From: Stegostoma tigrinum
Taxonomy: Eukaryota
Length of the DNA stretch: 64,000 nucleotides
Reading direction: 5' to 3'
NCBI RefSeq assembly: GCF_030684315.1
Contig: NC_081360.1
Location: forward strand, 23,663,033 to 23,727,032
Position 1 is the first letter of the stretch. Every line of letters begins with the position of its first letter. A model generated the notes under the pieces. That model did no database searches, was not told the origin of the DNA, and saw only the letters and a list, made by a program, of their open reading frames with translations. Of the stretch, positions 52,013-64,000 are shown in pieces. Position numbers and translations under genes: made by a program.

Positions 52013-54727
52013 CAAAAGTTCAGTGAAGCTTTGTATTTGGCTCTCTGCCAGAATTCCTACTCATGGTATTATATATTCAGGTGGACTGAAATCGAAGGTA
52101 CGATAATATAATCCTTGCGTGCTGGGAAATTAATTCACCTTTCAGACAAAATAATGAGTTCTTTCCAGAAGTAAAAGTTCAAGAGAGTTTAAAAGTAGAG
52201 GTAGGCTGAAGCTGATCTTTTGTTAACTTAATCAATGCAGAAGGCAAACTAATGAAAGAAGTCAAAGTATATAATTACGTTTGTTCAAAAACCAAAACAA
52301 TTAGTTATGTGGGCAGGGCTCCCATGTGAGTCACTTTAGTTATTGCAATGACTTTGATGCGACTGATCAACATCCATTGTGTGTTATAACAGAACATCAT
52401 TAGCAGCATCTCAGATGTATGGAGTTTCAATAGCAGGCTGGTGTAGACATTTCAACTACTGTTCCGGATCTGCCTGGAGTCTCCATACAATGCAAGGACT
52501 TTGATATTCTCGAAAAGTAATGTAAGCCTTTGCGCCCTGGTTACTGATGATCAGAACTTTCCAGATCATTGAGGTCAACTGGCTACCAGCTGTGGTGTTG
52601 GCACTCATGTGCTATTACTGTGCTAGGACATAGGAACCTTTGCAATGCAGAGCATGCTACCTTACAGTCAATAAGTATTGTTTAACAGTAACCAAGAACT
52701 TTGGCTTCAGTTGCAGGAAGAACTGAAGGTTTCTAAAGTGATCATGATGTCAAGGGTTATGAAGCAAATGTCATAAAACTGAACTCTTGTGTGAATCAAC
52801 TGTAATATAATTGAATGATGAAGAAGGTTCAAGGGGATAAAGAATTGTTTGCTGTGCCTAATATTCTGATGTTCCTTCATGGCCCATTATCAAGCTGCAG
52901 ACATTAAAAATGCCAAATTCAATTTTTTTCCCATCCTCAATGCAATTCTTTCAATATTTTTTCTGAACCTCTACTTGCTTATTGGGCATGCCTTCAGAAT
53001 CCTAAATCTAACATTTTCTTCATTGGATGGAGTCTTTGCATCTAATAACTTAAAATTCTTCACATTAAAGATTAAACAATCAATAACTGTTGATGCTGAG
53101 TACATTTTTGTCTAATTTTGTACTAACTTCAATTAAGTTAACAACAGTAAATGGACCCTGGCAAATTCCTCACAATATTAGGAGATATCTCAATAGTCCA
53201 AATTTGGTAATTTTTCCTATTTTAATCATCATTTACAGTCACATTGTTGACCAATATAATGCATGATTTAGTCCAGAATTCAACACCTGTTTCCCCATGG
53301 GATTTATTATTCCATCAAATTAACGTTAGCTCACCCCAAACGCTTGTCTATTTGTCACCATTCCTCCTCCCCACCCACACAAACTCCAAGGCCTACACTC
53401 AGCTCAGGAGGCAGGAAACCTAACCACAGATATCTACACCACAGTCAACAGGCCCCAGGCCAAATCAAATCCCTCTGAACAGCTCCTACGCGTGATGGAG
53501 CTGAATAGTCTTTACTGTCAGGGACACATTGCAAAGAAATCTGCTCACTCTAGCAAAATATTCTCTGCGGTTCCTTTACTGACACAGCGCAGACTGTAGA
53601 TGTTACAATGTTCTGGATTCGTAAAGTGATCGAGCTTTGATCAAAGTTGCCATTTGTGAACTAAACTCACACAAAATTAGGATGCAAGTCATCCCTATTG
53701 TGACCACCAGGCAAAAGCATTCTTCGATTGAAGTATCTGATCATTTGATGATATTGAACATGGGGCTGGTTAATATTAGGGCTTTAGTGAAGATGAGCAA
53801 TCATAACATTTCTAGCCTCACCAAATATGTCTGCATCCCTTGAATGAATATAAAAATAACTGCATCACTCACCGATTTAGAAAGAATGATTTCTACAGAA
53901 CAGGTTAAAGAATGAAATCTGATAGTCCCAGGGAATATGTTAGGGACTTACATGTGCTGATAGCCAGTCACAGCATGATGCTTAAATTTGTGACTTAATT
54001 GTACTTGTAATGCTTTTGAAAGATTAATCTGTACATTTGCAATTCAGAAATCAGGAAATTGTCCTGCTGTTTACTGCATGTGACTGGGAACTGGGAAATG
54101 TATCCCACAGACCACAAAGGCCTGAGGATGCAGATAAAGAAAGCCTCAGTGGAGCAGATGTAGAGGAGAGTTGCTCACTAAGCCATCACAGGAGCAGGCG
54201 CTGTAAATACACAGTCCCCAGCAAACCAGAGAAATATTACGTCCACGCTAAACATTGCGAATCACTTCAATAATCTGCATTACCCTGAAATACCCATGTC
54301 AGTAAGATCTTCAAAATGTGTCAATAACAACTTACATTTACCAAAATTGACATCAGATTAGCCGATTTAAAACAAACGTGTTAAAATGAAAATTTACAGC
54401 TTATGTTCAAAAATTCTAGACGGCTCTCTGTAACTTTCATAATGCCAGTAAGTGTGCACAGTTACTATTCCATCCATCAGCTCACCAGCAATGAAGGAGC
54501 TGAATGAATTCACTCCATTGCTGCTCGTACTGATGCATAGTCTCTTCTGTAACATCAATCTCAACATTGTCTTCTTCAGATAGCATAGGATGCAGTAATT
54601 GTGAAAATTTATTTAAACTTTGACAAAACTTCTGTCATCAGTCATTGGGTAAAGACACTCGCCATGCCAGACTAAGCCGAAAGAAGAAAATTGTTACAAT
54701 ATAGCTTTTAGGACAAATATCGAAATA

Positions 54728-54930
54728 AGAGATAACACAGTGTGGAGCTGGAGGAACACAACAGGACAGGCAGCATCACAGGAGCAGGAAAGTTGACGTT
54801 TTGGATCGGGACGCTTCTTCAGAAAATGAGCGTTTTCTTGCTCCTCTGATGCTGCCTGGCCTGCTGTGTTCCTCCAGCTCCACACTGTGTTATCTCTGTC
54901 ACCAGCATCAGCAGTTCTTACTATCTCTGA
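54728..54930. mobile_element. Palindromic Penelope-end element
   Basis: agagataacacagtgtggagctggaggaacaca ... tgtgttcctccagctccacactgtgttatctct inverted arms. Confidence 0.8.
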
Positions 54931-55722
54931 GATGAAACTATATTGATTGTTTAGGATGAAACGATCAGAATGATAGCAGGGATAAGAAACCAGTGATGAA
55001 ATCTGAGAGAAATCTGGGCTACTTATGTTGGAGAAGAGATGAGGTTTTAGTGGAAACTTTTAAAAATGATGAATTTCATTAGGGGGAATAGATGATAGTT
55101 TCTGCTGATTAGAAAATTATTAACAGAGGATTATTAAGCTAAAACTCTCACAAAGATATGGAGAAGAGAGAGTAGAAACCAATCCTCGTTCATAGTTATT
55201 AGACAGCAGTAGGCTTTACTGCATGTCATGGTTAAGCACATATGAAGATAAAAGTAGAAGGAATGAATTGTGATCAGAAGGGAAACAGAGATATGGAAAG
55301 ACATCAAGAAAAGAGCTTGCACAGGCATGATGGGTGCAATGGCCTCCCTCGGTGTTGGAGGAGGCATCTACATCTTAACTTGTTTACTGCGTGCTGAATA
55401 GTGATAGAGAATAGTATCTAACTAACCTCGTGCACCTCAGTGTAAATATCTGCCGACTTTCAACTCGCAAACTCGCTCTGCTTCAATCTTTCAGCTGGCA
55501 TGCCTTAATTTATCCGCTGGCCCATCAGTGGCTGGCAGCTCTGCATTACTGACGATTCAGTAAAAATCAGAAAGGCCTCTGAGGGGTTGTTAGTTCCTCA
55601 GGGGTGGGAGCATGTGTTAATCACTAGCTCACGTACTCCATTCATCATTTTCTGCAACTCTTTACGGAATAACAGGTAAGGATGTACCTTACTGATGATT
55701 TCTGATTACTGATGAACCTTTT

Positions 55723-55845
55723 CTGATGAAGGGTCTTGGCCCGAAATGTCAGCTTTTGTGCTCCTGAGAGGCTGCTTGGCCTGTTGTGTTCATCCAGCTC
55801 CAAGCTTTGTTATCTCGGATTCTCCAGCATCTGCAGTTCCCACTA
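55723..55845 (+). mobile_element. Solo Penelope terminus
   Basis: Near-identical to 62463-62590. Confidence 0.8.
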
Positions 55846-56204
55846 GCTCTGCATTACCGATAGCTCTAGCAAGTGCCGTGGGCACTATTGTTCAGCCAGC
55901 AATTAGCGATCGATCCAGACCTACAAGGATCTTAGGGTGTGAAGAAATGTTGGACAACAGTTATTGGAGTGGGGGAACAGAAATAGCAACACAGTGGGGG
56001 GAAAACTGTTGGGGCAGACTCTAATTGTCCTGGAACCTGAAACAGAGGCCCTCACAATGGCACAGCATTTATTTAATGTGCCTACTCTAGGGTAGCCATT
56101 AAAACTCAGCCCCTTGTTTTAACTGATTGAATCCACTGGGGAATTGCGACTACTAATATTTTCCGAGGGCACTCAAAGAAATCTCCTGGTTATTAATTAT
56201 GGAT

Positions 56205-56487
56205 CATAGAATCCCAACAGTACAGGTAGCGGTCATTTGGTCCGTCAAGTCTACACTGCCCCATTGGAAGAGCATCCCAACAAGATCCACACCATCCCCA
56301 TATTCCCCATGGCTAATCCACCTCTCACACGCATCCCTGAACACTATGGGGCAATTTAGTGCAGTCAATCCACCTAACCTGGACATCTTTGGACTGTAGG
56401 AGGAAATCTGAGCACCTGATATAAACCCCACAGACACATGGAGAACGTGCAAACGCCACACAGACAGTTGCCCAAGGCTGCAATTGA
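56205..56487 (-). mobile_element. tRNA-derived SINE (HE1-like), head truncated
   Basis: Same core and tail as the other copies. Confidence 0.8.
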
Positions 56488-57377
56488 AGTGGTGGCACAT
56501 TGAGTCCATAGCACTCTGCCAGCTTACCATATCAATGCCAGGATAGTCCAGGGGCATTCCAGAGTGTTTGCAACTAACCAGAATGGAATAATTTTAAAAA
56601 TTACATTCATACAATACATTTTAACTTAAAATTTGCAAGTGACTTCAGAGCATCTTTATCAAGTACCATGTCACAGAAAGAAAGAGGCAGTTGGGTGACT
56701 GAAAGCTTACTGAAAGACATGGATTTGACATAGAATCCTAAAGGGTGGAAGTGAGGTACAGGATGAAGTCTTAGAGCTTACACTCCATGCAGATGAAGAT
56801 GTTATCATCAATGGTGCAGTAGTCAAAAAGTGGTGAGCTCAAGAGGCCAGATTACAGAAATCTGGAGTGTCGTGAGGCTTGAAGAGACCAGAGTGAGAAG
56901 GAACGGTGAAACCACGCAGGGATTTGAAATTACGGGTAATATTTGAAAATTACATATTGCTTAACTGGAAGCCAAAGTAAGGCAGTCAAAGAGGTGAATG
57001 GAATTTGACATTTGACGTTGAATTTGGAACGATTTCAGGTTTAGGCAGGGAAGATGCAGGAAGCCAGCTAAGAGAATATTGGAATAGTGATGTCTCGAGG
57101 TAACAAATGCACGATTGAGGTTTCAGGAGCAGATGAGGTAATATGTGGGCAAATATTACAGAGATGGAAACAGGCAGTTTTAGTAATGGCACAGATATGT
57201 AATCGGAAGCTCAGCGCAGTGAGCAATTCCTAATGGATTGAAGGTACCTTTGTATAACTTAGAAGTGATCAATTCCTGTCCTTTGACAGTTCATCACTTC
57301 ATATTCTGAGGAATAATCTGTGATCTCACCAAATCTAAACATGATGGCTCTATGGGGTGGAAGCTCTGCCCATATTA

Positions 57378-57475
57378 GAGCCACTTGGCAGCAGCTTTCC
57401 CTGTCCAAGACCATAGTTGAGTAAATATGAGTCAGTGTTTGAATGTGGTTGAGGCGCGAGATATAAAGACTGAAC
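57378..57475 (+). promoter_or_regulatory. Proximal promoter of paralog 3
   Basis: TGAGTCA 57428-57434, TGTGGTT 57444-57450, TATAAA 57462-57467; same spacing as the other two paralogs. Confidence 0.75.
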
Positions 57476-57557
57476 GCAGTAAGGAAAGGGCACAGCAGGA
57501 AAGAGAAGCAGCTCCTTTACTCTGAGAAAGCAGCCAGCCGATCACACAAGAGGCAGA

Positions 57558-60500
57558 ATGAAAGCCTTCCTCCTCACCATTGCTGCAGTGCAGATTCTCC
57601 ACTGCTCAGGTAGGTACCAGAGAGAGCTACACCTCATCAAGCAACGAGTTATTGGCAATGAGTCTCACTCACTGAGATATCACCAATGTGTAAAATAACT
57701 CGCTAAAGAACTCCAGAATGTTTTGTACAACTTTCCTTTTCTCTCGACAGGAATACCAAGCCCAAAAGATGCTCTGAGAGTGTCTGTTCTAAAACTGAAC
57801 CAAATCACTGAGACCAGCAATCTGTGTGGGATAACCAGGAGAAGAGTGAAGGATGTAAGTGTGTCCCAGTCTCAGTCAGTTTCATTCTCTAAACTCTACG
57901 ACAATGTTACTGAGTGCAATTCACTCAGATTATTACACAGGCGCAGAATGTTATATTGCACTTAGGCTGGTGAATCAGACTGGAGGTAGGGAGAGATGAA
58001 ATCGAGCAGGGATTTGAAAGGAGGGTAGCAATTTTGCAATCAATGTGCTGCTTAGTTCATACCCAAAAGAAGACAATGAGCACTGGGATAAATGGAACTA
58101 GATGTGAATTAAGTACTCACACCAGAATTCTGGGTGACCACAATTTTACAGGTTGAGGATTTGGAAGGTCATTAAGGGAATGTTAGAAAAGTGAGGTCCG
58201 GAGCAAACAAATGCACGAGAGGTTTTAAGAGCAAATGAAATTAGGCAGGACTGAATGACATCAGATACAGCCAGATAGTAATAAGCTGCCTCCCTCATTA
58301 GATTCAACGCACTGGAAAATTGTCATACAACATGGATTTAACATTCTCTGTGAAAGAAACAGTCTGCTCCAAGAATTCTGGACTGGAATTTGATGATCCC
58401 AGTTGTTTCTTCCATCCCAAAAAGACTGCGGTAAGTTCAAAAGTCACATTGTCACACCCAGACCAACATGCATAATGATATCATTGAATGCGATTTTAAT
58501 CAATTCTGCTTTGACAGGAAAAAGGTTTGTGTAAAAGTCGTGTTGAATACTTTGCTGATGAGGTTATTGATGTTGCTGTGGAGTGCCGGGGGTTGAAGAC
58601 ATTTGATAGCAACAGCGACGTTTCAGAGTTGACTGAAAACAGTATTGAGGTAATTTCATAACTGTACATATCCGCTTAATGAGATTTTTAATATCGCAGA
58701 TAATTTACATTTCTCATTGGTCTGCTGTGCTAAATAGAGAAATATTAATATTTTATTACAGGTCAAAACTAAGTCAAAGGAGATACCAAATGAGGATTCA
58801 ATTAATGTGAGTACAAAGTAGGAATTTGTCAGATTTTTCTCATTGATCAGGAAAATTCATAAAATGCTTAAACTCCAGGATCAAACTGTGTCAGAGCAAA
58901 GTATCAGACAGCAAGTTGCTTTAATCAGAGATAGTAGGGCAGGAGAACCAAAATACAGAGAAAGTTTGTTCTTTCCTATGGACCAATCAACTACACAGGT
59001 ACAAACAATGACATTAGAAAACCAGTATCTCTTACAATTTTATAAATGATGAATACTAATTACTTGTCATTTGCTGATGGAAATGCGGGTTTGTCACAAT
59101 AAATCGCAATTAATGGAGAATCAGAGCCTCCATTCTTTTATCCATCAATCCCACAGACTGTGTTGATCAGTGCTGTGCTAGAAATTTTCAGTAAGGATTT
59201 CCCGACTCCAGACATAACCCTATCAGATCATAGGCTGCTCTTTTGTTGCGGGAGAGAGACAACTAGTAGTGGTTTAACCTGAGGTTCACAACATCTCAGG
59301 TACGGGGATAGTTTGAAGAGGAGACTCTTTCATGCCAACTTCATTCTGTGCAGGAATTGAACCCGCACTGTTGGTGTCACTCATCACCCGTCCAGCCAAC
59401 TAAAGCTAACAGAATTTCCCAAAGGTAAAACACTGAGACACCGACTGCCAATTTGGAAACTCAAAACATTGCCCCTTCCACATTTGGAACCTTGTTGACA
59501 TTTAATTGTTTTGTTTCGAGTTGATGCCACAAATCAAAATACTAAACGTTCTAATCTGGATATTTTAATCCAGGAGGAAAGCAAGTCCACCGAATCATCG
59601 CTGGAGGAGTCTCCTGATGTGAGTACTATCTGAGATATTTTCTGTCAGCTAGCTATAACAAATGTAAACTGTTGAAAGCTTGATTCAGCTGTATCAGAAC
59701 AAGAGTTTGAACCAGCACTATGTATTTCATTTAGTTAAATGCATTTCTACGACCTAAAAATTGAAAACAGTTAACATTTCCTAATTTATGGTTTATTAAT
59801 CACTAAATCTTTGGCTTAAAAATAATTTCAGTTATAGTAGTAGTATTATAATACTAGTTTATAATTTAATTGTCTTAAATATAATTCTATAGTTCAATAT
59901 TTGTAATAAAATATTAAATCATTTCCCTGCAATAACAAGATGTATCTGAATATTTTATTCCAGGTGAAAAGCAAGTCAACAGAAACATCCCTTGAGGACT
60001 TTCCCAATGTGAGTATTTATTTTTTATTTTATATTTATTGCACTATTTCTTCATGGAGCATGCTCATTAACCAAGAGTCATGTATGGTGGTTAGTGCCAT
60101 GGGGCAGGGTGAGGAGGATGCTGGGTCCAAGAGCTACCTCAGCTGGTGTAAGAATTGAGCCCACCCTGTTGCCATTGTTCTGCATCAAACTCTCTCGACT
60201 TAACAACTGTGCTAACCCCACCATCTGATAGTTATCACTTCAGTTGTTGGATTGATGCTAATTGAATGATGATTGATTCCTCACATTGAGAAGTTTCCAA
60301 TAACTGGAGGGACACAAATGATGGTTTCATGAGGACAGCATCACTGTCATTCTCCTCATTCAATCGATTAGGAATTACTGGTTTTTCTGAAAGTGTGAAT
60401 ACATTACACACTCATCAATGGAAAACGTCAGCCTGTGTGTGTGTGTTGTTTGTGGTGGTGGAGTGTCATGGTGCACTGGAGCACCAGCCACATTGATTAG

Positions 60501-63500
60501 ATTAGATTCCCTACAGTGTGGAAACAGGCCCTTCGGCCCAACAAGTTCACACCGCCCCCTGAGGCATCCCACTCAGACCCATCCCCCTATAATCCACACA
60601 CCCCTGAACGCTATGGGCAATTTAGCATGACCAATCCACCTAGCATGCACATCTTTGGACTGTGGGAGGAAACCGGAGCACCGGACGAAACCCACGCAGA
60701 CACAGGGAGAATGTGCAAACTCTTCACAGACAGTTGCCCGAGGCAGGAATCGAACCCGGGTCCCTGGCACTGTTAGGCTGCAGTGCTAACCACTAAGGGA
60801 CCGTGCTGCCCTAAATTTGGCAAGGATTTCTCTGCTCCAGCACTGTGTCACTGAATTCAGACTCTGAACTTGAAAGAGTTGTCACTGCCTCATTGACAAT
60901 CTGATATTATTTCACTATTTTGCTTAGAGATGACTTGAAAAATTGAGATTATTTGCAAAATGCTAAGTATTTAAGCATTTTTTTTAATGCAGGTGAACAG
61001 CCAGTCAACAGAAACATCATTTGAAGATTCTGTAAATGTGGGTATAATCTGGGATTTTCTGTCATAATTATTTACGCAAAGAAAATGTTAAAACTTGGAA
61101 TTAACTGCATCACGCTTAAAAGCAATTCAGTTTTTATTAAATTAAATGAATGTCTAGAGAATAGAAGGTTCAAGAGTTAACATTTTCTCATTTATGGTTT
61201 AATGATCACAGCAATCTTTGATTTAAAAACTAAGTCGTGAAATTGTTGATATACAGTTCGGGACACCATACATCAGATGAATGTGAATGCATTTGAGAGA
61301 GTGCAGAAGAGTTTTACAAGAGTGATTTCAGGGAAGAGAAATTTCAATTATGAAAATAGATTGGAGAAGTTCACAGAATCATGGAATCATAAAATTTGAG
61401 TCCATTTTCCTTAGATAGGAGAAGGTTAAGATGAGATTTGATAGAAGGTTTCAAAATCAAAAGGGGTTGAAACCAACTGGAGAGAAAGAAACTGCTAGAT
61501 AATAAAATGTGAGGCTGGATGATGTTGTACCTACAACGCATCATCCTCCGACACTTCCGCCATTTACAATCCGACCCCACCACCCAAGACATTTTTCCAT
61601 CCCCACCCCTGTCTGCTTTCCGGAGAGACCACTCTCTCCGTGACTCCCTTGTTCGCTCCACACTGCCCTCCAACCCCACCACACCCGGCACCTTCCCCTG
61701 CAACCGCAGGAAATGCTACACTTGCCCCCACACCTCCTCCCTCACCCCTATCCCAGGCCCCAAGATGACATTCCACATTAAGCAGAGGTTCACCTGCACA
61801 TCTGCCAATGTGGTATACTGCATCCACTGTACCCGGTGCGGCTTCCTCTACATTGGGGAAACCAAGCGGAGGCTTGGGGACCGCTTTGCAGAACACCTCC
61901 GCTCAGTTCGCAACAAACTACTGCACCTCCCAGTCGCAAACCATTTCCACTCCCCCTCCCATTCTCTAGATGACATGTCCATCATGGGCCTCCTGCAGTG
62001 CCACAATGATGCCACCCGAAGGTTGCAGGAACAGCAACTCATATTCCGCCTGGGAACCCTGCAGCCATATGGTATCAATGTGGACTTCACCAGTTTCAAA
62101 ATCTCCCCTTCCCCTACTGCATCCTTAAACCAGCCCAGTTCGTCCCCTCCCCCCACTGCACCACACAACCAGCCCAGCTCTTCCCCCCCACCCACTGCAT
62201 CCCAAAACCAGTCCAACCTGTCTCTGCCTCCCTAACCGGTTCTTCCTCTCACCCATTCCTTCCTCCCACCCCAAGCCGCACCCCCATCTCCTACCTACTA
62301 ACCTCAACCCACCTCCTTGACCTGTCCGTCTTCCCTGGACTGACCTATCCCCTCCCTACCTCCCCACCTATACTCTCTCCACCTATCTTCTTTACTCTCC
62401 ATCTTCGGTCCGCCTCCCCCTCTCTCCCTATTTATTCCAGTTCCCTCTCCCCATCCCCCTCTCTGATGAAGGGTCTAGGCCCGAAACGTCAGCTTTTGTG
62501 CTCCTGAGATGCTGCTTGGCCTGCTGTGTTCATCCAGCCTCACATTTTATTATCTTGGAATTCTCCAGCATCTGCAGTTCCCATTATCTCAGAAAGAAAC
62601 TGCTCCCTGTTTATAAATGAATGCATCAAGAATGAGAAAACAGAGATATCAGGTAATTTAAAAAAGATGCAAATGTAACGTGAGAAAAAAAGACTCTTTC
62701 ACACAGTGAGTAGTTGTGGTCTAGAACACACTGCCTGGAAATATGGTGGAGACAGGTTCAATTGAAACAAATGGAAACTTACTTAGGATTACGAGAAAAG
62801 GCGCTAAAATAACAGAGTCACAATGCTCAGTCAGAGAGATGATTTAGAAACAATGGGCCAAATGGCCTAATTCTGTACTATAATGGTGCTGTGACAAAGA
62901 TAGTTTCATTATTCAATGTTAATTAAAAAATAGCTCATGGATTCCTTGTGTAAGCATAGTAGCCCGAATATTTTAATGCAGGTGTAAAGTCTCATTTACA
63001 ATCAGATATCATTTAAACTGCTGTTTAGAGCAGAATCTAAAAGGTCAACATTATTTAGAAATACTAAGTATATAAATCTGCATACTCTAGGTGAGGAGCA
63101 AATCAACAGAAACATCAGTGGAGGATTCTCCAGATGTGAGTACAACCTGAAATTTTATGTTGTTTATACTATTAACACAAATAAGCTGTTGAAACCTGGA
63201 TTCAGTTGCAATGCACAAGTCTGACACAGCTCTGTGTTTTTAACCAATTCAACATATGTACAGGCTCTATAAATTTAAACAGTTAATATGTCTTCATTAA
63301 TGGCTTAGTAATCAGAAGAACCTTTGGTACAAAAATAATTTCAATGCTCAATAACAGATGAAAGACATATCATTGATTCCCTTTAATAACCAGATGAATC
63401 TTAATTGTTTTTAAACAGTTGAACAACAAGTCAACAGAAACATCATTCGATGTGTCATCAAATGTGAGTATAAATTGAACGTTAGTGTCAGAGAATTGTC

Positions 63501-63609
63501 TCTCGATCATAATAATATATTGAACTCACGTTGAACTCAGCCCATTTGAAAATGACCATTATTTTTGTTCTGTTCATTCCAGGAACAAAATGATGATTCA
63601 AGATCTTAA
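57558..63609 (+). CDS. spp2: SPP2-like paralog 3, ~237 aa, with six-repeat acidic S-x-E tail (11 coding exons)
   Basis: join(57558-57609,57751-57854,58302-58430,58518-58649,58762-58806,59574-59618,59964-60008,60993-61037,63091-63135,63419-63463,63583-63609), GT-AG introns, frame open. Exon 2-4 lengths (104/129/132 nt) equal those of paralog 2. Tail: VKTKSKEIPNEDSIN EESKSTESSLEESPD VKSKSTETSLEDFPN VNSQSTETSFEDSVN VRSKSTETSVEDSPD LNNKSTETSFDVSSN EQNDDSRS*. ATTAAA at 63669-63674. Confidence 0.85.
60494..60811 (-). mobile_element. tRNA-derived SINE (HE1-like) in a paralog 3 intron
   Basis: gattagattagattccctacagtgtggaaacagg...gctaaccactaagggaccgtgctgccc. Confidence 0.9.
61497..62590 (+). mobile_element. 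5'-truncated young Penelope-like element (GIY-YIG endonuclease) in a paralog 3 intron, nested in an old CR1 fragment (~61255-62890)
   Basis: ORF 61519-62235 with NVVYCIHCTRCGFLYIGETKRRLGDRFAEH...LGTLQPYGIN. 14-bp TSD agaaagaaactgct at 61483-61496 and 62591-62604. 61497-61522 is an exact inverted copy of 62530-62555. Confidence 0.93.
62463..62490 (+). ncRNA. Candidate minimal hammerhead ribozyme core in the Penelope terminus
   Basis: CUGAUGA-A-GGGU-CUAG-GCCC-GAAA-CG-UC: both catalytic boxes, a stem II and a minimal stem III. Stem I pairing is weak (about 2 bp). Confidence 0.5.
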
Positions 63610-64000
63610 CTAGGAATGAAACTTCTGAAAGTCTGAACTTGATGTGAACACAAGAAGACCTCATTCATATTAAAGAAAATGTTACCAATTGTACTTTATT
63701 TGTTCATTAATAAGGATGAAGGGACCTGGGGTTCCTGTCTGTATATTTTACTGTAACTGGGAGATTCTATAATTTGTAAATGTTCCGTCCTTTGGTGTAT
63801 GTGGTTATCTTGGTTTCTATGGACCATATTAAAATTGTAAAGAATATTTTCTGGTGTTTCTCATTTCAGTGATTAGATTGGAGTTTAAACTGATATGGTG
63901 CTCAATTCAACCTGTCACACACTGTGACCAATTCCGGCGGTTTACTGGTGGGGCTGCTGGGGAATTGGGGATTTACTGCTGAAATTGGATGAGTGAGAAA

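Noticed and set aside
57370-57379. Near-CArG box CCATATTAGA in the paralog 3 promoter
   Set aside because: One mismatch to the consensus and not conserved in paralogs 1 and 2.
61519-62235. 238-aa ORF as a host gene or domesticated nuclease
   Set aside because: 5'-truncated Penelope copy bounded by a TSD; the start Met comes from the inversion junction.
62968-62990. Mini-exon-type acceptor (atattttaatgcag|gtgtaa) in paralog 3
   Set aside because: Followed by an immediate stop and no 45-nt unit or GTGAGT donor; at most a decayed duplicate.

Overview
Repeat-rich vertebrate DNA, most likely from a cartilaginous fish (shark). That assignment is inferred from the CR1 LINE, tRNA-SINE and Penelope repeat content. 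Nearly all ORF-track entries are repeat-derived or noise. Manual splicing reveals three tandem + strand paralogs (12.7-22.5 kb, 42.9-45.9 kb, 57.6-63.6 kb) of a secreted cystatin/cathelin-fold protein most similar to secreted phosphoprotein 24 (SPP2). They share a promoter module (AP-1, RUNX-type, TATA), a signal-peptide exon and a 5-Cys domain, but their C-terminal tails differ sharply. Paralog 3 has six tandem 45-nt phase-0 mini-exons encoding acidic S-x-E repeats, an SCPP-like architecture. Paralog 2 carries a 5-nt deletion that shifts the homologous mini-exons into a +11 cationic 32-aa peptide resembling a cathelicidin. Paralog 1 has a 50-aa insertion with a basic Gly/Ser/Arg/His stretch. 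The rest is CR1/L2 LINE fragments, SINEs, Penelope-like elements (GIY-YIG, inverted ends, 12-14 bp TSDs, hammerhead-like cores), two 33-bp minisatellite arrays, a double inverted templated insertion and one N gap. All gene models are hand-built and have no transcript support.
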